Source: Myxococcota bacterium (GTDB lineage: Bacteria > Myxococcota_A > Polyangia > Nannocystales > Nannocystaceae). Taken from it: a DNA stretch of 64,000 bases. Location of the stretch: the NCBI GenBank assembly GCA_039028615.1, contig JBCCHT010000014.1, forward strand, positions 179,710-243,709, given 5' to 3'. A program made the translations under genes and the position numbers. The stretch's first letter is position 1; each line of letters begins with the position of its first letter. This document shows positions 34,941 through 44,532 of the stretch, piece by piece. Under the pieces are notes generated by a model. The model ran no database searches and was not told the origin of the DNA. It was given only the letters and a program-made list of their open reading frames with translations.

Positions 34941-37186
34941 CGCCAGCGGGTGAGCACCAGGTCGGTGCCCACCGTATGCGCCACGTGGTCGGGCCCCACC
35001 GCCGCCACCGGACCCGCGCCGCCCGACCACAGCACCGCGCCCGTGTAGATGTCGTAGATCGCGGGAGGATCGGGCAGCAGCACCTCGGTGCTCGAGATCC
35101 GCTGGAAGTTCGCCGGGTCGGGCATGGGTGATGCGGCGACCACCAGCCCCGCCGTGTCGACGATGTCGACGCCGGCCAACAAGTCGCACTGGCCCGGGCT
35201 CCACGTGGTGATGGGGCACGCGGGGTCCTCCTCGTAGTGCGCCACCAGCATGGTGTTGTCGTCCACGAAGCCCCAGGTCACCCCATCGAAGATGCCGAGC
35301 AGGCCGCTGCCGTCGTGGATGTAGCTCAGCGCCCCTTCGAAGGTCGCGCCGAACCCATGGCTCGAGTCTCCGCGTACCGCCAGCGTGCCGTTGGGCGCCA
35401 CCGCGGGCGTGGGTGTCCAGTTCCCGCCCGACCAGGTATCCCAGCCGGGATGCACGTAGACGAGGCTGTTGTGGGCGGCCGTGTTGAATGAGGACACGCC
35501 GATGATCCCCGCGGTGTCGGAGACGTGCAGGCCGACGGGTGAGCTCGTGCTCAAGCCATAGACCGCGCTGTCGAAGATGGTCCAGGTCGCCACGTCGTAG
35601 AGGTTGATCGCCAGCTGCGGCGTGTTGCCCACCGACACCAGCGTCTGACCATCGCCCGAGAACGCGGCGGGTCGACGGGCGCGTTCGAAGCTGCCCAGGC
35701 CGGACAGCTCGCAGGCGGGCGTGACCTCCCACGCGGTGGTGATGCCGATGGACGACGACGCGGCGATGCGCCCGGAGACGGAGCCGAAGATTTCCTCGAC
35801 CAGCCCCGCCGCGAGCCGGTCGCCGTCGTCGTCGTAGACCTCGCCTTCGTTGCCCGCCAGCAGCCAGCGATCGTCGGCCCACCCGAAGGAGTAGTTCCCG
35901 AAATCGTCCACGCAGCACTCGGCCAACACCAGCTGAGTCGTGAGCGCCGGGTCGTCCAGGCGCACGATTTCGGCCTGGTCTCCCGAGCCGTTGCCGATCA
36001 TCGCCGGGCCCGAGATCTGGATGTCGGACATCGCCAAAAGTGGCGTGTCGACGGCAGTGACGTCCACGATCTCGGCGCCGGAGAACCCCGGTCCGTCCAC
36101 CACCATGCGATCACCGTACCCATAGGCGGGCGTCCCCACGGCGAAGGCCAGCTGGGTGCCATCGGTGTCGTAGAGGCGATACGCGTCGCCTTGGGTCGTC
36201 CAGTGGCGGGCGACGTCGTGGAACCAGCCGCCGAAGGTGCCCTGGACCGAAGTCACCGTGGTGGCTTCGGTGACCGCGTCGATGTGCTCGATGTCGGTGC
36301 CCAAGCCGGGCGCCCAGACGTGAAGGGCTCCAGCCAGCGGCAGCACGCTCGCGCCCGAATAGTCGCCCGACCGATCCCAGCGAAGGGTGCCGTCGAGCTC
36401 GTAGATCCGCACCGCGCTCCCGTCCGCGCTCCACAGATAGTCACCGTCGCGGGACAGGCCCCAGGTGCCCGTCCCGGCGGGAATCGTGGCCAGCTCGGCC
36501 ACCGTGGCCGAATCCCGCACCGAGAGCACGAAGCCCTGCTGCACGACAAAGACATCGCCCGCGAGCTCGGCTGCCTCGACGCCGTCGAAGCGGGCCAGCA
36601 GCGCATCATCGACCACCCTCCACAGGATCGCCCGGCCGCCCTCGTCCAGCGCGAGCCGGGCGTCGGACGTGTGCCACAGCGTCGGCAGCCCATCCAGGGG
36701 CGCCACGAGGATCTCGTCGCACCCGGTGGCACACATCGCTTCGCAGCCGGCATCGGGAGGCTCGGGGTCTCCTCCCGTGTCGGTCCCGGACTCCTCGCCG
36801 CTCTCCGTCCCGGAGTCTTCCGTCGAAGAATCCGTGTCCATGTCCGAGGTGCTCGATCCGGTCTCCGTGCCCGTCGTCGAGGTGCTGGAGTCGGTCTCCG
36901 TGCCCCCCGAGCTGGTGCTGCTCGTGGTGCTCCCGGTCTCACCGACCGACAGTGCGTCATCGGTATCCCCGGCCGTATCCGCTTGGGGACCGCTCGTCCC
37001 GGGCCCCACCGTCGAGGTCATCGACAGCGAGTCCGAGCCCGATTCCATGGCCGGATCGGTATCTGCGGGCAGCGGGGGAAGGACGCAAGCGGACAGCGCG
37101 AGGGCACCGAGCACGGCGAGCAGGCGACGCGAGGGCTCGACCATGGCGATCACCCGCGCGCCCTGGATAGGACGAAACGTAGGCAT
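34937..37186 (-). CDS. Lipoprotein with a Ser/Thr/Asp-rich linker and a probable beta-propeller domain
   Basis: GGAG RBS before ATG 37186 (37144 is an alternative start). Lipobox ALSAC, a ~110-aa S/T/G/D stalk, and WD/PQQ-like strands (GLSRDG, AFSGDG, AVAPNG). Confidence 0.7.
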   Translation of the reverse strand: MPTFRPIQGARVIAMVEPSRRLLAVLGALALSACVLPPLPADTDPAMESGSDSLSMTSTVGPGTSGPQADTAGDTDDALSVGETGSTTSSTSSGGTETDSSTSTTGTETGSSTSDMDTDSSTEDSGTESGEESGTDTGGDPEPPDAGCEAMCATGCDEILVAPLDGLPTLWHTSDARLALDEGGRAILWRVVDDALLARFDGVEAAELAGDVFVVQQGFVLSVRDSATVAELATIPAGTGTWGLSRDGDYLWSADGSAVRIYELDGTLRWDRSGDYSGASVLPLAGALHVWAPGLGTDIEHIDAVTEATTVTSVQGTFGGWFHDVARHWTTQGDAYRLYDTDGTQLAFAVGTPAYGYGDRMVVDGPGFSGAEIVDVTAVDTPLLAMSDIQISGPAMIGNGSGDQAEIVRLDDPALTTQLVLAECCVDDFGNYSFGWADDRWLLAGNEGEVYDDDGDRLAAGLVEEIFGSVSGRIAASSSIGITTAWEVTPACELSGLGSFERARRPAAFSGDGQTLVSVGNTPQLAINLYDVATWTIFDSAVYGLSTSSPVGLHVSDTAGIIGVSSFNTAAHNSLVYVHPGWDTWSGGNWTPTPAVAPNGTLAVRGDSSHGFGATFEGALSYIHDGSGLLGIFDGVTWGFVDDNTMLVAHYEEDPACPITTWSPGQCDLLAGVDIVDTAGLVVAASPMPDPANFQRISSTEVLLPDPPAIYDIYTGAVLWSGGAGPVAAVGPDHVAHTVGTDLVLTRWR

Positions 37187-37372
37187 GGGGGACTCCTGAC
37201 CGCACACCGATCACATACGGGGCGCGCAGCTGACCGCTACAACGCGCAGCGCGGCCGCCGGTTGCCTCCACTGCCCCACCGAAGTTTTTCGGGACACCGA
37301 AAGTGCCACCGCCACGGTCGATTTTCGTCCCCGACCGGACATATCCCTGCGTCCCCCTCGGTTACCCCCTGC

Positions 37373-38458
37373 ATGTCCCCGTTGTCCCCGCTTCACGAGT
37401 GGGCGCCGCGCGGGTCGCAGGCCAGAACAACGCCGCTCGTATCGACGCTGACCCGAGACCCTACCGACTCCCGAGCCCTTCGATCGCTCTACGACAACTA
37501 CAACTACGCCGGCCAGGTCGATCGGGCCTGCAGCGTGGTCGAGATGTTGACCGTGCTGGGCAAGAACACACCGGGTCAGCACGTGTATCTCGGGCGCCAT
37601 CGCCCCGCCGAGCCCCTGGCCGCCCGAGCCCCGCTCACCGAGGCGCTGCTGCGCGATCACGTGGCGCATCCCGACGAGGACCCCTACCTCACCGCCATCA
37701 TGTCGCTCGTCGCTCCCGCGTTGGCGGCATGGCGAGCCCCCATTCAGCCCCCCTGCCTCGACGAGCGCGATCGCATCGACCCGGCCACGCATCAGAGCGA
37801 TGCGGCGCGCATGGTCAAGTACGCGGCGCGGGTGCTGAACGTGATGACGCCCGACCTGTTCCTTCACCCCAAGGAGCGCGGTGACTTCAGCCTGCTCAAC
37901 GTGACGCGAGCCGGTCGACTCCATCCTGCGCTGGTGCTCTACGATCGGCTGCTGGCTCGCGCCAACGAAGCCGAGCTGGCGTTCGGCGTGAGCCGAGCGA
38001 TGGCCAAGCTGCTCGTGCCGCACTACGCCGTGGTCGCGCTCGATCACTCGCCCGGGGCCGTGCGCCAGGTGCTGCGGGCGCTGCTGCGGGCCGACGGCCA
38101 TGTCGTCCACCACGGCGACGCCGATGCCCATCGCGAGATCGCAGCCGCGATCCACATCCGCATGCAGCCGGCCGCGCGCGAGTGCCTACGGCAGGTCGTG
38201 CGGCAGGTCGCCGAGCGAGGCCACGAGCTGGACGCCGAGACATGGGCCAACGCGGTCGAGTACACCGAGGCCCGGGTGGCGCTATTGCTCAGCGGAGACA
38301 TCCGCATCGCCGCCAAGGGGCTCGCGGCCGAGCCCACCCCGCTGAGCGCCGCCTGTGATGTCACGGCCAAGGACCGCCTCCACGACCTGTTCCGCTACGC
38401 CTTGAGCGACGACTACTTCATCGTCCGCAAGGCGCTCGGCATCGACATCTCCGAGTAG
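37373..38458 (+). CDS. Hypothetical protein resembling the C-terminal domain of large myxobacterial TPR proteins
   Basis: DPTDSRALRSLY, VAHPDED, PDLFL, ELAFGV, EYTEARVALLLSGD, DLFRYALSDDYF..RKALG. Coding-like codon usage; start uncertain. Confidence 0.6.
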   Translation: MSPLSPLHEWAPRGSQARTTPLVSTLTRDPTDSRALRSLYDNYNYAGQVDRACSVVEMLTVLGKNTPGQHVYLGRHRPAEPLAARAPLTEALLRDHVAHPDEDPYLTAIMSLVAPALAAWRAPIQPPCLDERDRIDPATHQSDAARMVKYAARVLNVMTPDLFLHPKERGDFSLLNVTRAGRLHPALVLYDRLLARANEAELAFGVSRAMAKLLVPHYAVVALDHSPGAVRQVLRALLRADGHVVHHGDADAHREIAAAIHIRMQPAARECLRQVVRQVAERGHELDAETWANAVEYTEARVALLLSGDIRIAAKGLAAEPTPLSAACDVTAKDRLHDLFRYALSDDYFIVRKALGIDISE

Positions 38459-38466
38459 ACGATCCG

Positions 38467-38510
38467 CGCGCGGATCGAGGCTCCCACCTCGATCCGCCGC
38501 GTTTTCTTTT
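38467..38510 (+). terminator. Rho-independent terminator
   Basis: GCGGATCGAGG-CTCCCA-CCTCGATCCGC 11-bp stem followed shortly by TTTTCTTTT, between convergent genes. Confidence 0.75.
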
Positions 38511-38523
38511 CGAAGGCGCTCGC

Positions 38524-39899
38524 TCAGCTACCCGCGACGGTCATCTCGTCGACGCGGAAGCTGGGCGACGCGATGCTCGTCTTGAGCTCGAGGTCGTTGG
38601 CGACCTTGTCGATGCCCTTGAGCAGGTCGTCGAGGTTCCGGGACACGGTCACCTCGCCGACGGGCTGCGTCAGCTCGCCGTTTTCGATCAAGAAGCCCTC
38701 GGCCCCCCGGCTGAAGTTGCCCGTGGTGGGGTCGAAGCCGAAGCCCATCATCCGAGTGACATAAAGGCCCCGCTTGATGCCCTTGAGCAGGCCCTCGGGG
38801 GCGCCGCGGCCCGGCACGAGGTAGAAGTTGCTGCTGCTGGAGTGCGGCACGCCGCCTCCGCCGCTGCCGCTCCCAGTGGGCTTGAGGCCGAGCTTGCGCG
38901 CGCTGTAGGTGTCGAGCAAGTAGCTGCGGAGCTCGCCCCGCCGGACCACCGAGATCTTCTTCACCTTGCGGCCTTCGCCGTCGTAGGGGCGCGAGCCGGG
39001 AGCACGGGGCACCAGCGGATCGTCGACCAAGGTGACCTTGGTGCTGGCGATGGCGCTGCCCAGGCGTCCGGCGAGATAACTGCGCTGCCGGTAGACCGAG
39101 TCGCCCATGACACAGCTGGCCACGAGCCCCACGATGGCCCGCGCGGCGTTCTTGTCGAACACCACCGGGTACTTGCCGGTCTCGATCTTGCTCGCGCCGA
39201 GCTGGTCCACCGCCCGCTTGGCGGCTTCCTTGCCGATGGCCGAGGCGGACTCGAGGTCGGAGAAGAACCGCCCTCCCGTCCAGTGCACGCCCTTGCGCTT
39301 CTTACCGCCCTCGTCGTCGGCCACCGCCTGCACGACCAGCGACTGGTAGGTGCCGGCGTTGCGCCCCAAAAACCCGCCCGAGGTGGCCAGCACGGAGCAA
39401 CCGCTGCTGCGCGCGAAGCTGCCGCCCTCGGAAGTGGTGATGCGCTTGTCGGCCCGCAGCGCCGCTCGCTCGCCGGCCGTGGCCAGCTTGATCGCCCGGG
39501 CCGCACCGATGCGGTCGGTCTTGCGATCGAAGAGATCGAGGTCGGGCCACTGCTTGACAAGCTCGCGCGGTAGCGGAGGCGCCGACAGCTCGTCGGGCTC
39601 GCTGACCTGGGCCATCTCGACGGCGCGCGCCAGGAAGGCCGACAGCGCGTCCTCGCGGAAGTCGGTGGTGGAGCTGGTGGCGACGCGGCCGTCCTGGACG
39701 ACCCGCACGCTCAGGCCCGAGCTGCCCGCTTCCTTGACGAGCTCGACCTCGCCCTGGCGTACGGTGACCTCGAGCTCACGCCCGGTGCCCACGGCGACCT
39801 CGGCGTGGTCGACCCCCAAGCTGCGCAGCTGCTCGAGCGAGCGCTCGGCGATGCCGCTGAGGCGGTCGAGGTTCTTTTCGATGGCGCGAGGTCGAGTCA

Positions 39900-39900
<1 letters not shown>
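38524..39900 (-). CDS. pmbA: PmbA/TldE, non-catalytic partner of TldD
   Basis: MTRPRAIEK start overlaps the tldD stop. VTLVDDP, RPYDGEG, YLLDTYSARKLG, TGNFSRGAEGF.IENG. No HExxH. Confidence 0.88.
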
Positions 39901-41369
<1,469 letters not shown>

Positions 41370-41374
41370 TGGGC

Positions 41375-41632
41375 TCAGGCCTTGGCCTTCTTGCGGCTCG
41401 CGTAGCGCCGACGGAAGCGGTCGATACGACCCTCGGCATCGACCTCGCGGGCCTGACCGGTCCAGAAGGGATGGCTGTGCGCCGAGATTTCGAGCCGGAT
41501 GACGGGGAGTTCCTCGCCTTCGACCTCTTTCTTCTCGTTGCTGCTCAGCGTGGAGAACGAGGTCCACTCGTCGCCCGTCGACGTGTCGAGGAACAGGACC
41601 TTGTGATACTCGGGATGGACGCCCATCTTCAT
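41375..41632 (-). CDS. rpmE2: 50S ribosomal protein L31, type B (Cys-free)
   Basis: MKMGVHPEY...EISAHSHPFWTG...GRIDRFRRRY; 85 aa with no Cys. Confidence 0.92.
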   Translation of the reverse strand: MKMGVHPEYHKVLFLDTSTGDEWTSFSTLSSNEKKEVEGEELPVIRLEISAHSHPFWTGQAREVDAEGRIDRFRRRYASRKKAKA

Positions 41633-41651
41633 GATTGCGGCCTCCTTCTCG

Positions 41652-41957
41652 TTACCAGCTGGACTTGGTCACGCCGGGCAGATCGCCACGCAGCGCGAGG
41701 TCGCGGAGCACGACGCGACACAGACCGAACTTGCGATAGACCGCCTTGCTACGACCGGTCAGCATGCAGCGACGGGTCTTGCGGGCGGGGCAGGAATTGC
41801 GCGGAAGCTTGCCCAGCGCGGCCATGACCTCGAACTTCTCGTCCGGGTCGACCTCGGGGTCCTTGAGCTTCTTGCGGAGCTCAGCGCGCTGGCTCGCGTA
41901 TTTTTCGATGAGCTTGTCGCGCTTTTCGTCGCGCAGAATCTGAGAAAGCTTGGCCAT
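41652..41957 (-). CDS. rpsN: 30S ribosomal protein S14, long (101-aa) form
   Basis: MAKLS...LPRNS...[37 protein letters not shown]. Confidence 0.95.
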   Translation of the reverse strand: MAKLSQILRDEKRDKLIEKYASQRAELRKKLKDPEVDPDEKFEVMAALGKLPRNSCPARKTRRCMLTGRSKAVYRKFGLCRVVLRDLALRGDLPGVTKSSW

Positions 41958-42041
41958 CTTCTGGACCTCTCGTTGCCTATCGAGGGCTTGGTACCTCGCG
42001 CGCGAAGAGTCCAAATGAGGACCGGCCTTCGCGGGAGCGGG

Positions 42042-42070
42042 AAGCTACATGGTTGCGCGGGTCCTCGCAA
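42042..42070 (-). promoter_or_regulatory. Putative sigma70 promoter of rpsN-rpmE2-tldD-pmbA
   Basis: TTGCGA-17nt-TAGCTT on the minus strand. Confidence 0.5.
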
Positions 42071-42103
42071 GGGCCCGCTGGGGTGGATTGCGCGAGTTGT
42101 TCA

Positions 42104-42961
42104 TCACGAACCGCGGGGCCCGCGGGGCCGCTTGGGACGCTTGGACGCGGTGCCCGCCAGCTGCCGCAAGCGCGCGACCTCGTCCTCGCGCAGAGCACGC
42201 CAATGCCCTTCTCGCAGCCCATCGGCGGTGACTTCGGCAAAAGCGACTCGAATCAGCTTGAGCACGGGATGCCCCACGGCATCGCCCATGCGCCGCACCT
42301 GGCGATACAGGCCCTGCATCAGGGTCAGCTGCGCCCAGGTGTTGGTCTGGGTCTCCTTGACCACCGAGATCTCGACCAGCGGCTGCGTCCGGGTGCCGTC
42401 CTCGAGGGTCACCCCCTGCAGCAGGGACTGGAGCGCCTCGTTGCCCAGCTGGCCCTGGAACTTCACGTGATAGGTCTTCGGGACCTTGTGGCGGGGGTGG
42501 GTGAGCTTGGCCGCGAGATCGCCGTCGTTGGTGAGCAGCAGCACGCCTCGGGTGTGATAGTCGAGGCGGCCCACGGGATACACGCGTTCCGCGATCCCCT
42601 GGACCAGGGAGACCACCGTGGGGCGCCCCCGCTCGTCCTGGTCGGGCTCGGCCGAGCACACCACCCCGTCGGGCTTGTTCATCACCAGGTAGACCGGGGA
42701 CTCCATCTGGATGACCCGGCCGTCCACCGCCACCTGGTCGGCGACGGGATCGACGCGAACGCCCAGCTCGCTGACCACGCGCCCGTTGACCGTGACCCGG
42801 CCCGCGGTGATGAACGCCTCGCCGCCGCGGCGGGAGGAGACCCCCGCGCGCGCCAGGATCTTCTGCAGGCGGACCCCGGTGGGGGCCTCACCCTCGGCCC
42901 GGGGCTCGGCGGAGTCCGGGCGCTTGGACCGGGAACGGGATCGGGGTCCTCGACCGCTCAT
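42104..42961 (-). CDS. rluB: 23S rRNA pseudouridine synthase, RluB/RsuA family
   Basis: S4 domain RLQKILARAGVSSRR, NKPDG, YPVGRLDYHTRGVLLLTNDG. Lies downstream of scpB. Confidence 0.88.
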   Translation of the reverse strand: MSGRGPRSRSRSKRPDSAEPRAEGEAPTGVRLQKILARAGVSSRRGGEAFITAGRVTVNGRVVSELGVRVDPVADQVAVDGRVIQMESPVYLVMNKPDGVVCSAEPDQDERGRPTVVSLVQGIAERVYPVGRLDYHTRGVLLLTNDGDLAAKLTHPRHKVPKTYHVKFQGQLGNEALQSLLQGVTLEDGTRTQPLVEISVVKETQTNTWAQLTLMQGLYRQVRRMGDAVGHPVLKLIRVAFAEVTADGLREGHWRALREDEVARLRQLAGTASKRPKRPRGPRGS

Positions 42962-44532
42962 GGGGTGTCCTCTTCGGCTTCCTCCGCAGGCGCCTCGGGC
43001 TCGGCGTCGGATGTCTCTGGTGCGGCCTGAGCCACCTCGTCGGACGCGACGTGCACGTCCTCGGGCGTCTCGTCCTGCCCGCTCGGCTCGGATGCGGCCC
43101 GGGGCTGTGCCTCGGCCTCGCTGGCGTCCGCGCCGTGTTCGGCCGCCTCGGGGACGGCCTCATCGGAATCCACCTCTGCGGACTCGGTCTCGCTGGCGCC
43201 CGCCGCTTCCTCGGGCGGGTCCTCGTCGGCGGTCGCCTCGTCGTCCGCGATGGACTCCTGCTCGGGCTCGTCGCTGGAATCGGCCTGCGAGGTGTCGGCT
43301 TCAGCGGAGTCGGACTCCTGCGCCTCGTCTTGGGAGGTCCCGGAGTCGCCGCTCGACTCGGCCTGCGCCTCGTCCTGCGAGGCCTGGGACTCATCGCTCG
43401 AGTCGGACTGAGCCTCGTTCTGCGGCGGCTCGGCGCCCTCCGACGTCTCACCGCCGGGCTCGGCCTGGGCCGCATCCTCCGAGGCCTCCGAGGCCTCCGC
43501 ATCACCGTCTGCCGCGGCCGACTCGTCGCCCGAGGCTGCAGCATCGCCCTCGGGTGTCTCCCCCGATTCGGCGCCTTCGCCCTCCTGGCCGTCGAAGCTC
43601 ATGACTTCCTGCCCGAGCACCTCGGCCTCGACCTCCTCGGGGGCGTCGCCCAGCTCGTCGCGCAGGGTCGCGCGGCTCTCGTCGGTCAGCTCGCGGAACT
43701 CGTGCAGGTCCGGCATGTCCCGGAGGCTGCGCAGGTTGAAGAACTCGAGGAATTCGACGGTGGTGCCGTACAGATGCGGGCGCCCCGGCTCTTCCTTGCG
43801 TCCCACGATCCGGGCGAGGTCGCGCTCGAGCAGGACCCGCAGCACCGCGCCACAGTCGACGCCACGGACGTGGTCGATCTCGGCCTTGGTGATGGGCTGG
43901 CGATACGCGATGACCGCCAAGGCCTCGAGCTGGGACCGGGACAGCCGCGCGGGCTTGCCCGCGAGCATCTTCTGAACCCAGCGGGCGTTGTTGGGGTTGG
44001 TGCGAAGACGGAAGCCGCCCGCGACCTGCCCCAGCACCACGCCACGCTGCTGGGTGTCGGCCTGGAGCTGCTTGAGGGCCAGCTGGACCTGCCGCACCGT
44101 GGGCTCCTTGAGCACGCGCCGGATGTCTCGCACCGTCAGCGGCCGGCTGGCGGCAAACAGCAGGCTCTCCACCACCGACACCAAGCGGGGCGACGCGCGA
44201 CCGCGCACCCGGCTGATGTCGTCCTCGGGCGCCATCGGCAGCGTGTCGCTGAGCTCGACGCCATCGGCTCGGGCCTCGGACTCGGCCCCGGGCTCCGGGG
44301 CGGGAGGCGCAGGCAAGTCCTGGCTCGGATCGTCCTTGTAGCCCTCGAGGCCCAGGCCTTCGGGATCGACGGGCTGGGCGGCAGCGGGAGCTTCGGCGGA
44401 GGCGTCCTCGCCCTTTTCGAGAGCCGCGACCAGCTCGCCGACGCTCGCTTCGCGCTCGGGGGCAGTCTCGGTCGGGGCCTTACGAGCCTTCGACCGTTTC
44501 AGCTTCCCCGTTCTCGCCGTGCTCCTCGTCAT
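42958..44532 (-). CDS. scpB: SMC-ScpAB subunit ScpB with an N-terminal extension and an acidic C-terminal tail
   Basis: VESLLFAA, VAGGFRLRT, LEALAVIAYRQPITKAEIDHVRGV, GRKEEPGRPHLYGTT.EFL. Start uncertain. Confidence 0.9.
   Translation of the reverse strand: MTRSTARTGKLKRSKARKAPTETAPEREASVGELVAALEKGEDASAEAPAAAQPVDPEGLGLEGYKDDPSQDLPAPPAPEPGAESEARADGVELSDTLPMAPEDDISRVRGRASPRLVSVVESLLFAASRPLTVRDIRRVLKEPTVRQVQLALKQLQADTQQRGVVLGQVAGGFRLRTNPNNARWVQKMLAGKPARLSRSQLEALAVIAYRQPITKAEIDHVRGVDCGAVLRVLLERDLARIVGRKEEPGRPHLYGTTVEFLEFFNLRSLRDMPDLHEFRELTDESRATLRDELGDAPEEVEAEVLGQEVMSFDGQEGEGAESGETPEGDAAASGDESAAADGDAEASEASEDAAQAEPGGETSEGAEPPQNEAQSDSSDESQASQDEAQAESSGDSGTSQDEAQESDSAEADTSQADSSDEPEQESIADDEATADEDPPEEAAGASETESAEVDSDEAVPEAAEHGADASEAEAQPRAASEPSGQDETPEDVHVASDEVAQAAPETSDAEPEAPAEEAEEDTP

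Noticed and set aside
41958..42103. Zur box upstream of rpsN-rpmE2
   Set aside because: No AT-rich inverted repeat was found by eye.
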